From Eubacteriales bacterium (GTDB taxonomy: Bacteria; Bacillota; Clostridia; Oscillospirales; CAG-272), in assembly GCA_045126855.1 (NCBI GenBank), contig JBGVPG010000019.1, positions 5,061 to 69,060 on the forward strand: DNA of 64,000 nt. Reading direction: 5' to 3'. The translations under genes and the position numbers were made by a program. Below are positions 20,097 through 30,500 of this stretch, piece after piece. Below the pieces are notes generated by a model. The model had not been told where the DNA came from and did no database searches. It saw only the letters and a list, made by a program, of their open reading frames with translations. Numbering within the stretch: the first letter of the stretch is position 1; each line of letters opens with the position of its first letter.

Positions 20097-20125
20097 GCAA
20101 TGTTTAGTTTACTTTTTGAAGCGAA

Positions 20126-22978
20126 TTATCTCGCCTGTTCCTCCATAATGAAGGCCTCGAGAGTATCGCCCTCACGGATATCGTTGAACTTCTCGATACC
20201 AACGCCGCACTCATAACCCGAGTTAACTTCACGAACGTCGTCCTTGAAACGGCGGAGAGAGGAGATCTTATCCTCAAAGATCACGATACCGTCACGAACG
20301 ATACGGATCTGAGCATTTCTGGTGATCTTACCGTCCTGGATGTAGCATCCTGCGATAATACCAACGCCGGGAACCTTGATGGTCTGGCGAACCTCGGCGT
20401 GACCAAGGAGAACCTCCTTGAACTCAGGTGCAAGCAGACCCTTCATAGCCGCCTCGACCTCATCGATGATCTCATAGATGATACGGTGAGTACGGATATC
20501 GACCTTGTTTCTCTCTGCGGAGTCGAGAGCGTTTCTGTCGGGACGAACGTTGAAGCCGCAGATGATAGCGTTGGAAGCTGCCGCAAGCATAACGTCGCTC
20601 TCGGTGATACCACCTACCGCAGAGTGAATAACGGAAACCTTAACCTCCTCGTTAGAGAGCTTGATAAGAGACGCCTTAACAGCCTCAACAGAGCCTGCAA
20701 CGTCAGCCTTAACTACGATATTAAGAGTCTGAACGCCTGCTGCGATCTGACCGAAGAGCTCGTCAAGATTAACTCTGGAGTTAGCCTGGAGAATTTCCTG
20801 ACGGAGTCTTTCCTTTCTCTGCTCTGCAAGATCTCTTGCCATTCTCTCGTTTTCAACCGCATTAAGCTCATCGCCTGCCTGAGGAACGTCGTCAAGACCG
20901 ATGATCTCAACGGGAACCGAGGGACCTGCAGTCTTTACGGTCTTGCCCTTATCGTCAACCATTGCACGAACTCTACCAACGGCGTTACCTACGATAACGT
21001 AGTCGCCCTGGTGGAGGGTACCGTTCTGAACGAGAACGGTTGCAACGGGACCACGGCCCTTGTCAAGCTTGGACTCGATAACGAGACCTGCCGCACGGCG
21101 CTTGGGATTTGCACGAAGCTCCTTAACCTCGGCAACGAGGAGAACGTTCTCAAGAAGGTCCTCGATACCCATCTTGGTGTGAGCAGAACAGGGCACGCAG
21201 ATAACGTCGCCGCCCCATGCCTCGGGAACAAGCTCGTACTGTGTAAGCTGGTTAAGCACGTTGTCGGGATTTGCGGTGGGCTTATCCATCTTATTAATTG
21301 CTACGATAATATCAATGCCTGCCGCCTTTGCGTGGTTAATAGCCTCGATGGTCTGAGGCATTACGCCGTCATCGGCAGCTACTACGAGGATCGCAATATC
21401 GGTGGACTTAGCACCTCTCATACGCATTGCGGTGAACGCCTCGTGACCGGGGGTGTCAAGGAAGGTGATATCCTTGCCGTTTGCCTTTACTCTGTAAGCA
21501 CCGATCGCCTGAGTAATACCGCCAGCCTCACCACGGGTAACGTTGGTGTGTCTGATAGCGTCAAGAATAGAGGTCTTACCGTGGTCAACGTGACCCATAA
21601 CGCAAACTACGGGTGCACGCTCGAGGAGATCCTCCTCGCTGTCCTCCGCCTCGGTAAAGAGCTTTTCCTCAATGGTGACAACGACCTCCTTGGTAACCTT
21701 AACGCCAAACTCGTCGGCGATAAGCTCTGCGGTGCCGTAGTCAATAAGGTCGTTAAGGCCCTTCATCTCGCCCATGAACATGAGCTTCTTGATAACCTCA
21801 GCGGCGGTCTTCTTCATTCTGGTTGCAAGCTCGGAAACGGTGATTTCCTCGGGAACTGTGATTTCGAGCTGCTTATTTCTCGCACGCTCTGCCTCAAGCT
21901 TCTTGATCTTTTCCTGAGCCGCTCTTTCCTTATCCTTAGCGCTCTTCTGATTCTGTCCACGGTTATCCTGCTTCTTCAGCTTCTGCTTCTGAGCCTTGGA
22001 GTCACCGCCGTTAAGAATGGAATAGTAATGGTCGTTGTATCTTTCGTTGTACTTGTCAAGGTTAACGTCGTGAGTTCTGGTATCAACGATACGGGTCTTG
22101 GGAGCCGCCTCGTTAACGTACTCAACGCCAACGTTTACACCGCCCTTGACATTCTGGTTTACGGTAGGAGTGAGGGTCTTGAACTGCTGCTTCTGAGCCT
22201 TCTTCTCCTCCTTCTTCTGCTTAGGCTGCTGTACGGGAGCCGCTGCCTTCTGCGCCTGTGCCTGCTGCTTTTCAAGCGCCGCCTTCTGTGCAGGAAGAAC
22301 TACTGGCTGCTTCGCCTCAACCTTAGGTGCAGGCTGCTGAACCGCAGGCTTAGCTGCAGGAGCCTGAGGCTTCTGCACGGGCTTTTCTCCGGGCTTCTGC
22401 CAGGAGGAATTGGGGTTGCGAAGGCCCTGAGCCTGTCTGTTCATATTGTCGTGCTTCTTAGCAAAGGGATTCTCCTGAGGAGCTGCGCTGTACTTATTGT
22501 AAGCAGGCTTTCTGTCGTCACGGGCAGGGCGCTCGGGACGCTGATCCCTTCTGTCATTTCTCTGCTGATTATTCTGTACCTGCTGAGGCTTGCGCTCGGT
22601 CTGCTGAGGCTGAGGCTTGCGCTCGGTCTGCTGAGGCTGGGGCTTGGGCTGAGGCTTGGGTGCCTCGGGTGCCTTGGGCTCGGGCTTTGCCTCCACCTTG
22701 ACCTCGGGCTTTTCCTCCTTAGGTGCAGGTGTGGGAGCAGGCTTTTCCTTCTTTTCCTCAACGCTCTTGATGGTCACACGACCCTCTCTGTAAGCGTCAA
22801 GGTCCTTGATCTGGTGCTTTGCGGTAAGGGTGGCAAAGAAGAGCTCAAACTCATCCTTGTCAGCGCTTCCGCCGCTCTTCTTCTCAATACCGAGATCCTT
22901 GAAGGCGTCAAGCACGTCCTTGCTCTTTATGTTGAAATCCTTAGAAATCTGAGTCAGTTTGATAGGTAAATTGGGCAT
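20126..22978 (-). CDS. infB: Translation initiation factor IF-2
   Basis: [30 protein letters not shown]; long P/Q/K-rich N-terminal linker. Confidence 0.98.
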   Translation of the reverse strand: MPNLPIKLTQISKDFNIKSKDVLDAFKDLGIEKKSGGSADKDEFELFFATLTAKHQIKDLDAYREGRVTIKSVEEKKEKPAPTPAPKEEKPEVKVEAKPEPKAPEAPKPQPKPQPQQTERKPQPQQTERKPQQVQNNQQRNDRRDQRPERPARDDRKPAYNKYSAAPQENPFAKKHDNMNRQAQGLRNPNSSWQKPGEKPVQKPQAPAAKPAVQQPAPKVEAKQPVVLPAQKAALEKQQAQAQKAAAPVQQPKQKKEEKKAQKQQFKTLTPTVNQNVKGGVNVGVEYVNEAAPKTRIVDTRTHDVNLDKYNERYNDHYYSILNGGDSKAQKQKLKKQDNRGQNQKSAKDKERAAQEKIKKLEAERARNKQLEITVPEEITVSELATRMKKTAAEVIKKLMFMGEMKGLNDLIDYGTAELIADEFGVKVTKEVVVTIEEKLFTEAEDSEEDLLERAPVVCVMGHVDHGKTSILDAIRHTNVTRGEAGGITQAIGAYRVKANGKDITFLDTPGHEAFTAMRMRGAKSTDIAILVVAADDGVMPQTIEAINHAKAAGIDIIVAINKMDKPTANPDNVLNQLTQYELVPEAWGGDVICVPCSAHTKMGIEDLLENVLLVAEVKELRANPKRRAAGLVIESKLDKGRGPVATVLVQNGTLHQGDYVIVGNAVGRVRAMVDDKGKTVKTAGPSVPVEIIGLDDVPQAGDELNAVENERMARDLAEQRKERLRQEILQANSRVNLDELFGQIAAGVQTLNIVVKADVAGSVEAVKASLIKLSNEEVKVSVIHSAVGGITESDVMLAAASNAIICGFNVRPDRNALDSAERNKVDIRTHRIIYEIIDEVEAAMKGLLAPEFKEVLLGHAEVRQTIKVPGVGIIAGCYIQDGKITRNAQIRIVRDGIVIFEDKISSLRRFKDDVREVNSGYECGVGIEKFNDIREGDTLEAFIMEEQAR
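22582..22639. repeat. 27-bp tandem duplication inside infB (KPQPQQTER x2)
   Basis: gctgaggcttgcgctcggtctgctgag occurs twice back to back. Confidence 0.85.
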
Positions 22979-23013
22979 ATAAATCACCGTTTCCCGAAGG
23001 AAACTCCCTTTCT

Positions 23014-23367
23014 TTAGTTGTCTGTGACCTCTTTGCCGCCAGCCGTAAGGGCAAGCTTTATCTCATGGGCAAAGCCGTCATCTATGATAGCCAGGGTGGC
23101 AGGCGCATAAAGCTTACCAAGTAAGCGGCCAAGCTCATCCGAATCAATATTAATCTCGAAGCAATCAACACCGTAAAACTCAGCCTTGGTGGAAATCTTT
23201 TTCTTAGTTCCCTCGGAGGCGCTGTGCGAAAGGAGGATCACCCTCGGGCGGTCCTTACCGTTCTTTGCCATCGCAGAGCAAACGAGTTCGGTGCCGATTA
23301 TCACCCTGCCTGCACGCATGGCAAAGCCAAGCATACCTCTGAGGCGAATATCTGATTTATTTTCCAC
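23014..23367 (-). CDS. ylxQ: L7Ae/L30e-like RNA-binding protein (YlxQ)
   Basis: MLGFAMRAG and ELGRLLGK; position between ylxR and infB; GTG start inferred. Confidence 0.85.
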   Translation of the reverse strand: MENKSDIRLRGMLGFAMRAGRVIIGTELVCSAMAKNGKDRPRVILLSHSASEGTKKKISTKAEFYGVDCFEINIDSDELGRLLGKLYAPATLAIIDDGFAHEIKLALTAGGKEVTDN

Positions 23368-23635
23368 CTTCAAGCTCCTCCTCCATCCTCTGGTAAAGCT
23401 CATCGGAAATCCTGCATTCAAGCGAGCTCTCGATCCTTTTCGACTTTCTCGCCTTCTTGAGGCACTGGGCGTTTTTACAAATATACGCTCCCCTGCCCGA
23501 TTTCTTGCCCGTAAGGTCGAGGATTATCTCGCCCTCGGGAGTTCTGAGCACTCGGATAAGAGTGTTTTTCGGGAAATGCTCACCGCATCCCGAACACCTT
23601 CTGGTGGGAATTTTCTTTACGGTAGTGTTGCTCAT
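23357..23635 (-). CDS. ylxR: YlxR/RnpM RNA-binding protein
   Basis: KKIPTRRCSGC and GKKSGRGAYIC. Confidence 0.93.
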   Translation of the reverse strand: MSNTTVKKIPTRRCSGCGEHFPKNTLIRVLRTPEGEIILDLTGKKSGRGAYICKNAQCLKKARKSKRIESSLECRISDELYQRMEEELEGGK

Positions 23636-23636
23636 C

Positions 23637-24668
23637 TTAAGCCTTGATGTCTATCTTACAGCCTGTAAGACGGGCAACGAGCTTAGCGTTCTGTCCCTCC
23701 TTACCGATGGCAAGGGAGAGCTGCTCGGGAGCTACGGTTACACGGCAGGTGCGCTCGTCCTCGAGATAAACGTCAAGAACTCGTGCAGGAGAAAGAGCCT
23801 CCTTAACGTACTCGCAAATGTCGTCGCTGTACTTGATGACGTCAACCTTCTCGCCCGAAAGCTCGGCAAGAATTGCGTTGATTCTCATGCTGTTTTTACC
23901 GATACAAGAGCCAACCGCCTCAACGTTAGGATCGGTGGAATATACGGCAACCTTGGTTCTGGAGCCTGCCTCACGGGCAACGCCCTTAATTACGATAGTT
24001 CCGTCAGCAATCTCGGGAACTTCAAGCTCGAAGAGACGCTTAACGAAGTTGGGATGTACTCTGGAAAGAGTTACGAGAGGACCGCGGGTCTCACCCGACT
24101 TAACCTCGGAGATGAACACCTTGATTCTGTCGCCTACGTCGTAGATCTCACCGGGGATCTGCTCCTCGTGAAGGAGGGTTGCATAGCCTGTGCCGGTATC
24201 AAGAATAAGGTTACCGTTGGTGGTATCAACCTTATCAACGATTGCGGTGATGATCTCCTCGCGCTTTTCCTCATACTCTCTGGTCTGTCTCTCACGCTCG
24301 GCGGTACGGATCGCCTGAACGATCATCTGCTTACCTGCCTGTGCGGAAAGTCTGCGGAAGTCCTTGGTCTTGAGCTCGGTCTCAACAATTCCGCCAAGCT
24401 TGTGGCGACGGGAAAGTGCCTTTGCTGCGGTGTAGCCAATCTCACAGTTTTCATCGTAAACCTCTCCGTCGGGAACGACCGTTCTCTGCTGGAATACTCT
24501 CATATCCTTTTTGTTAGGATCAAGCTGTACTCTGATAATTGTGGTGGGACCAACCTCACGTCTGCAAGCGTTTGCAAGCGCAAGCTCGATCTGAGAAATC
24601 ATATACTCCTTTGAAATGCCGTTTTCCTTCTCCAGAAGGTCAAGGGCGGTGAAGAAATCTGCGTTCAT
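23637..24668 (-). CDS. nusA: Transcription termination factor NusA
   Basis: AREAGSRTKVAV and LSLAIGKEGQNAKL; S1 and KH domains. Confidence 0.97.
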   Translation of the reverse strand: MNADFFTALDLLEKENGISKEYMISQIELALANACRREVGPTTIIRVQLDPNKKDMRVFQQRTVVPDGEVYDENCEIGYTAAKALSRRHKLGGIVETELKTKDFRRLSAQAGKQMIVQAIRTAERERQTREYEEKREEIITAIVDKVDTTNGNLILDTGTGYATLLHEEQIPGEIYDVGDRIKVFISEVKSGETRGPLVTLSRVHPNFVKRLFELEVPEIADGTIVIKGVAREAGSRTKVAVYSTDPNVEAVGSCIGKNSMRINAILAELSGEKVDVIKYSDDICEYVKEALSPARVLDVYLEDERTCRVTVAPEQLSLAIGKEGQNAKLVARLTGCKIDIKA

Positions 24669-24730
24669 TTTTCCGTTGTACCTCGTATTTTATACGATCC
24701 TTTCCTTGTTAATGATATATGTTAATTAAA

Positions 24731-25192
24731 TTAGTCTTCAAAGTAAATGGTCTGGAGCTTGGAAACCTCGCTCTGAGCGAGAAGAATCTCATTTTCTCCC
24801 TCGGTGATAGTGATTTTTCCGTCATCAAAGGCACAAAGAATGCCCACGATGGACTTTCTGCCATCCTTAGGGGCAAACAGCTTAGCCTCAACCTTCTCGC
24901 CGATAGAACGGCTGATATGCTCTGCCGTGCGGAGCTCACGCTCCACTCCGGGTGAGGAGACGTCGAGATAATAGAAGGTCTCAATGGGGTCAAGCTCATC
25001 GAGAATAGGATCGATCGCACGGTGAACCTTCTCGCAGTCCTCAATGTTAATTCCCTTCTCCGAATCAATAGTGATCTCAAGATGATAGTCTGCGCCGACC
25101 TTGGAATAGGTCACGTCCCAGATATCATATCCCAGCTCGGTTACGGTTGGCAAAATAGCCTCTCTTACCGTTTCTCTGATATTCTTTTTCAT
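24731..25192 (-). CDS. rimP: Ribosome maturation factor RimP
   Basis: GINIEDCEKV and YYLDVSSPGVEREL. Confidence 0.95.
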   Translation of the reverse strand: MKKNIRETVREAILPTVTELGYDIWDVTYSKVGADYHLEITIDSEKGINIEDCEKVHRAIDPILDELDPIETFYYLDVSSPGVERELRTAEHISRSIGEKVEAKLFAPKDGRKSIVGILCAFDDGKITITEGENEILLAQSEVSKLQTIYFED

Positions 25193-25222
25193 CTCTTTTA
25201 CTCCTCCAAAAAAATTATAAGT

Positions 25223-25435
25223 AATTCACTTAACACGAAGTGTTAAACTTCACTGCGCTCAAACTTCACTATCAAAGATAACTTCACTGCGAGAGAAACG
25301 AGCAACTTCACCACCGGTCAAAGGTGAAGTTTATGCTACGCATAAGTGAAGTTTGAACTACCTTCAAGTCAAGTTCACCTTCGGTGAGTGAAGTTTTTGC
25401 GTTGCAAAAGATGTTTGCGTACATGGCGCAAACAG
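25223..25435. repeat. Ladder element 1: AACTTCAC x5 then GTGAAGTT x4, units separated by mini-hairpins
   Basis: Motifs and spacer hairpins (taacac-gaa-gtgtta, tatgc-tac-gcata, cacc-ttc-ggtg) read directly; one copy on each arm is a variant. Confidence 0.8.
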
Positions 25436-25493
25436 CATTGTGAAGGGGCTGTCACTTTCGCGACAGCCCCATAAAACACTATTTACTGTATGT

Positions 25494-25522
25494 ATTATAT
25501 CACAGTATTTCAGAAAATGCAA
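25494..25522 (-). promoter_or_regulatory. Sigma-A promoter for the rimP-nusA-infB operon
   Basis: TTGCAT-17 nt-TATAAT with extended TG. Confidence 0.65.
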
Positions 25523-25554
25523 TAGATTTTCTAAAATTTATTCAGAAAGGGAAA

Positions 25555-25761
25555 TTATGCCTTGAAGTCGTTGGGCGCCTTGCCAACCTTTGCCTTACGT
25601 CTAGCAAGCTTTCTGAGGCCGGTAGCCTTAGCATACTTCTTCATAAGCTTTTCCATTTCCTTCTTGAGAGCAAGTCTCTCCTTCTCGAGCTTTGCAGCCA
25701 TCTCTGCGCGAGTCTTTACGCTTTCGGTCTGCTCAAGAGATGCGGACTTTCTTTTAGCCAT
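25555..25761 (-). CDS. Small, very basic helical protein (68 aa)
   Basis: GGAGG RBS, codon bias like its neighbours, K/R/A-rich. Confidence 0.75.
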   Translation of the reverse strand: MAKRKSASLEQTESVKTRAEMAAKLEKERLALKKEMEKLMKKYAKATGLRKLARRKAKVGKAPNDFKA

Positions 25762-25780
25762 TTTATATTATCCTCCGTAA

Positions 25781-25912
25781 TTATTTAATAAATTGATTCA
25801 TCAAAGAACTAATATCCCCGTTCTGCTCGATGAAATAAAGCAGAAGGAGTCCGGCTCCAATTGAGAGCAATAGCAGGTAAAGTGCTATCCACCACATGGT
25901 GTTAGTTGACTT
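25781..25912 (-). CDS. In-frame transmembrane extension of the upstream ORF (or 38-aa membrane peptide from ATG 25897)
   Basis: KSTNTMWWIALYLLLLSIGAGLLLLYFIEQNGDISSLMNQFIK* in the same frame directly after TGA 25913-25915. Confidence 0.6.
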   Translation of the reverse strand, partial: KSTNTMWWIALYLLLLSIGAGLLLLYFIEQNGDISSLMNQFIK

Positions 25913-27487
25913 TCAAGCGCGGTGCTTGATCTTCTTAATTACCCAGTTGATGTCCTTAGTGTTCTGGTTGATGAGTCTCTTTGTGGTCTGAACGTCCTTA
26001 CGAAGAGCTCTCTTCTCCTTGCCGTTCTTGTACTCCTTGGTCTTAAGGCGGTACTTAGCAAGAGAAAGGTTAGAGGATGCCTCTACGCTGCTGTTAAGGA
26101 TGCCGTAAAGTCTCTGCTTCTCGCCACTGGATGCGGGGAGACGGAAGATCTTCTTAGCGAGGCTCTTGTTCTTTCTTACGAACTTCTCAGCTGCGTCAGA
26201 TCTGATCTGGCGCCACTTGTTGTTGATGCTTACGCCGTCAAGGGTAACCTCAGAGCCATTGTAGATGGAAAGAAGCTTGGAGTTAAGCTCATCTCTCTTG
26301 TTAAGGAGAGTCATCATCTCGGTACGGAGAGATGCGATCTTAATTCTGTCTGCACGACGCTTCTTGGTCTTCATGGTTACGGGATCGTTGGTGATAACTG
26401 CGTAGTAACGAGCGTTATCCTTCTCCTCATACTTGATAGCTGCCTTGTGAGCCTTCTGAAGAGCCTTGATCTTCTTGTTAGCAAGCTTCTTAACCTTCTT
26501 AACGTCAAATACGTTCTTACCGAATCTGTAGTAGCTGATGTCCTTCTCAGACTCGATGTTGGCAATCTTGTAATCGTAACCCTTGGTGAGAACCGAGAGA
26601 TCCTTGTTAGCCTGCTCAGCGATCTTCTCCTCAAGAGCGGACTTCTGAACTGCCTTCTTGGACTTCTTAGCGTGCTGCTTCTTAGCCTTTGCTGCCTCAA
26701 CTGCGGAAGCTGCGGAAGCTGCTACTGCTGCAACGTCAGCGTCGCTGTTTCTAGCGGAGCCGTCGTTAGCGGTGTAAGAAATTGCGGGAATGGGAGCGTA
26801 GGGCTTGTTAGCAAGGATGTCAGCGGGGATATCCTCGGAAGCGCGGGTGAGCTTAGCTCTGGTGAGTACCTCGTACTCGTCAACGAGTGCGTTGTAACCC
26901 TTGATCTCATTGAGAAGAGCCTTCTTGAGGGACTTAACCTTCTTGGTCTCCTCAAGCTTGTGGCAAACGTGAAGGTTCTCAGCAAGTCTCTCGATAACGT
27001 ATCTCTGATAAGTGAGACAGTTGATGATGAGAAGCACCTTGTTGTAGCCCTCAGCGCCGTTCTTCTGCTCAACGGTTGCTGCGAGTCTGGTCTTTACGTT
27101 GTTAAGTGCCTTGTCGCTCTTAGCGAGGTACTTCTTGAGCTCCTTCTTGTCAAGGATGCTGATGTTAGCGTTGTATGCGCTAACGGTTGCGGATGCGGGA
27201 GCGCCTACGGCGTCAATGCCATAGTTGTTAGAACCTGCAAGGATCTCTGCGGGAAGACCGTAAGAAACCTCTGCTGCCTTCTCGCCGGAAGCCTTGTTGT
27301 AGTTGCTAACGAGAGAATTGTATCTCTTGATCTGGTCCTTGAGGTCCTTTGCGACCTTCTTAGCGCCCTTCTTGTCACCGCTGTCACGGCAAGCTGCAAG
27401 GTCGTCGCAGAATTCAACGAGAATCTGCTTCTCCACAGCAATGCTTTCAACAAGAAGTTCTACCCTGTTCTGCTGCTTTTTACTCAT
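25913..27487 (-). CDS. Lys-rich helical hypothetical protein (524 aa) with two 'YN' repeats
   Basis: RBS GAAGGAG before MSKKQQ; strong codon bias; repeats shared with the upstream giant protein. Confidence 0.85.
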   Translation of the reverse strand: MSKKQQNRVELLVESIAVEKQILVEFCDDLAACRDSGDKKGAKKVAKDLKDQIKRYNSLVSNYNKASGEKAAEVSYGLPAEILAGSNNYGIDAVGAPASATVSAYNANISILDKKELKKYLAKSDKALNNVKTRLAATVEQKNGAEGYNKVLLIINCLTYQRYVIERLAENLHVCHKLEETKKVKSLKKALLNEIKGYNALVDEYEVLTRAKLTRASEDIPADILANKPYAPIPAISYTANDGSARNSDADVAAVAASAASAVEAAKAKKQHAKKSKKAVQKSALEEKIAEQANKDLSVLTKGYDYKIANIESEKDISYYRFGKNVFDVKKVKKLANKKIKALQKAHKAAIKYEEKDNARYYAVITNDPVTMKTKKRRADRIKIASLRTEMMTLLNKRDELNSKLLSIYNGSEVTLDGVSINNKWRQIRSDAAEKFVRKNKSLAKKIFRLPASSGEKQRLYGILNSSVEASSNLSLAKYRLKTKEYKNGKEKRALRKDVQTTKRLINQNTKDINWVIKKIKHRA

Positions 27488-27585
27488 TTTCTTCTCCTTC
27501 TGGGGGCTTGGTACAGCCCCCATCAAATTTATATTTTTTTGTTAATTATTTTGAGTAGTTAGTAAAGATGTGACACATGCTCTTC

Positions 27586-30500
27586 TTAGGAGACCTTCAC
27601 ACCGTTCTCAATGAGAACATCAATGAGCTTACGGCCATACTTGCCGCCAAGCTGATCAACTATTTCACCGAGATTTTTGGAAAGCTCATTTACTTCGCTC
27701 TTGGGGATCTCGAATCCTGCGCAAGCAAGCGCAAATTCACGCTTGAGCTCAAGACGCTCGCCCTCACCGGGCTTGTCGCTCTTTCTTGCATAAGCAATAA
27801 GCGTCTGCATGGGAGCGTGGAGTGCCTCGGATGCTGCTCTGTTCGCCTCAGCGCTGAGGTCGATTGCGTTGATCGCCTTTACGGTCTGATCAACGAGATC
27901 ACCGTACTGAGCAAGGCTATAAGCTCTGCCGCCCGAGAAGATCATGTCGTCTGCCGCAAGAACGCCGATGATTCTACGGCTGTCTCTACCGCCAAGCTGG
28001 TCAACAACCTTGATAACATTTCTTGCGAAGATTTCCTTCTTCTCATTGCTGATGTCAAATCTGTTAATACCTTCAATAAGATCACGCTTGAGCTCGTATC
28101 TCTCGTTCTGAGTAGGTCTGATCTCGGTCTGAACGAAGTGGATCAGCTTTTTCATTGCGATCTGGATAAGATCAACTGCAACCTGATTGTCGGTTCCGTC
28201 GATATTGATGCCGTTGATAACCTGATTGATCTCCTCAACCATATTACCAAGCTCTCTGTCGTTAAGGGTCTTGCAACGCTCGTGTTTGTCAACTCTCTCA
28301 ACGATCTCTCTTACGTAAACAAAGTTCTGAAGCTCGGAGAGCTCGTGTCTCTGACCGGAGGTCAGCTTGTCAAGAAGAGCGGTGATCTCGATAGACTTGA
28401 TCGGAACACGAAGAACCTCGCTGTAAACCTCAATACGCTTGTTATAATCGTTTACGGTAGCGATAAGGATCTTCTTTGCACGGTTGGATCTGGGCTTAAC
28501 GCGAACGTTCTCGCACGCGAGAAGGAGCTTGTGCTGCTCGTTTACGAAGCAGTCAAGGATCGCACCGTAGCGGTGACGCTCAATGTCTCTTGCACCGTAT
28601 CTGATAAGCCAGATGTTTCTGGTGAGAAGAAGAACAACGCTTGCGAGGAACATCACGATATCGTATACGAATCTGATCGCAACGAAGATGATGGGAAGTG
28701 CAGCCCAGATAATACCGATTGCTGCAATAGCCTGAAGCGCACTGTTAACACCGAGGAAGATACCCGCGATAGCGATGATCAGTGCAAAGGCGAGAGTAAC
28801 GATCCAATAAATGGTGTGGTCAACTCTGAGACCTCTGTAGATCAGCTGACGGATACGCATGTTGTAATCGATGCGGAAGTTACGGGCCAGATACTGACGA
28901 AGAACCTTATGTACTCTTGCCTGATACTTGATAGGATCGGAGGCAACGCCAACTGCACGAAGAGTGTTCTTGTTGTAACGTCTCATGCTTCTCGCCTTCT
29001 CGTAACGGATACGGTAGTGGCGGTTTTCGTTTTCCTGGCGTCTCATAGCGGTTCTTACGATTCTCTTGTTGAGAATCTTTACTACCAGAGCGTGGATTCT
29101 CTCCTGCTTATTAAGCTCGAGTCTATCCTGACGTCTGTCAGCAGCCTTATGCTTGCCCTTTTCTCTGAGAGCGGCGATCTTTGCCTTTGCTCTCTTATTA
29201 TCATTGTAGTAAATCTTGCGGAGTCTACGTACCCATGCAGAAACTCTGAGGTTACGAAGGAACTTAAAGAGCTTACCCGGCAGGCTGAGTATCATACCGA
29301 AGAGCGAGTCGTTGATATCCTTCTCAACGTCGTACTCCTTGATTCTATCTGCACTCTCAAGAGCGTACTCAACGAGCTTGTGATAGATCTCGTCGGTGTA
29401 GATAGGAGCCTTGTTGTCATCAATCTTAACTCTGTTACGAAGACTGAGAACGGGAGGTACAGGAGGTCTGTCGGTCTTTCTGTACTTAATTGTGTCGGGA
29501 ATATTGAGAGACAGAAGCTCAAGGTGCTCGTAACGAGCCTTGCCCTTGTTGTACTGTCTAACGAAATCGTTGTAACGCTGAATATCGTCGTGAAGCCATG
29601 CGCTCCAGAGTCTCTGAGATCTTCTTACGCCGGTCTTAACCGCGGAATAGTATCTCTTGCACTCGATGTCGATAATGCCGCCGAGCTTTGCGATAATTCT
29701 GAGAAGCTCCTTATCGCTGTGCTTAACGCGTCTGTTAACGACCTCAACGAATTCATCGGTGGGAGGAAGAAGTGCACGAAGGAAGCCCTGGCTTCTGAGA
29801 AGAAGTCTTCTCATAATGCGCACGTTGATCTCGCTACCAACCAGCTTCCACCAGTTTGCAACGTTATCAATGGAGGTCATGCTTCTTGCTCTGAGAGCTC
29901 TTGCAAATCTCTCCTCAATCATCTTGGTCTCAAGGTCAAGAGGAGTCTCAACCTCAATACCGGAGTGAAGGTCCTTAGCATCCTCCTCAGCCTCATCGGT
30001 GTATCTGGCGTCAACGCCTCTCTTCTGAATACCGGAGAAGGGATCGGTCGTGTTAGCCGCACCGAGGATGAGAGAATCCTGGTCGTATCTTCCGGAGTCA
30101 AGAACGATAGCACCGTCGGTGCCGGTAAGCATCATAGGAGTACCGGTGAAGGGAATGCTGGTCTCGCCGGAAGCATTGAATCCGATAAGAGGTACGCCAC
30201 CGGGAGTCATACCCAGAATGGTCATACCGTCGAAGTCAGCCTTGAGGAAGGGAACGCCCATATCGGTTGCATAACCCATAGCGCCAACAGACATTACAGG
30301 TGCATTGCCGTCGCCTGCCTTAGAGCCGGTAGTGCCGGTGTAGAGGCCGTAACCGTGCCATCTGTCACCAACGGTTCTCTCACGACCGTTAATGGTCTCG
30401 ATAACCTCTCTGCAGCATACGATCTCGGGGAACTTGATAAGGTGACCGTATCTGATGATCTCATCAGCAACGGTGGTGGAAACCTCCGCGAACTTAACGC

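Noticed and set aside
20061-20126. Absence of rbfA/truB after infB
   Set aside because: Operon breakage at this point is a plausible ordinary rearrangement and not informative from one window.
25223-25435. Regularly spaced repeats as a CRISPR array (also 46570-46773 and 57985-58115)
   Set aside because: Repeats are only 7-9 bp, switch orientation and have short self-complementary spacers; no cas genes are present.
25913-25915. TGA as evidence of an alternative genetic code or selenocysteine
   Set aside because: TGA serves as an ordinary stop elsewhere (e.g. the coaW ATGA overlap), conserved genes have no internal TGA, and the context is not a redox motif.
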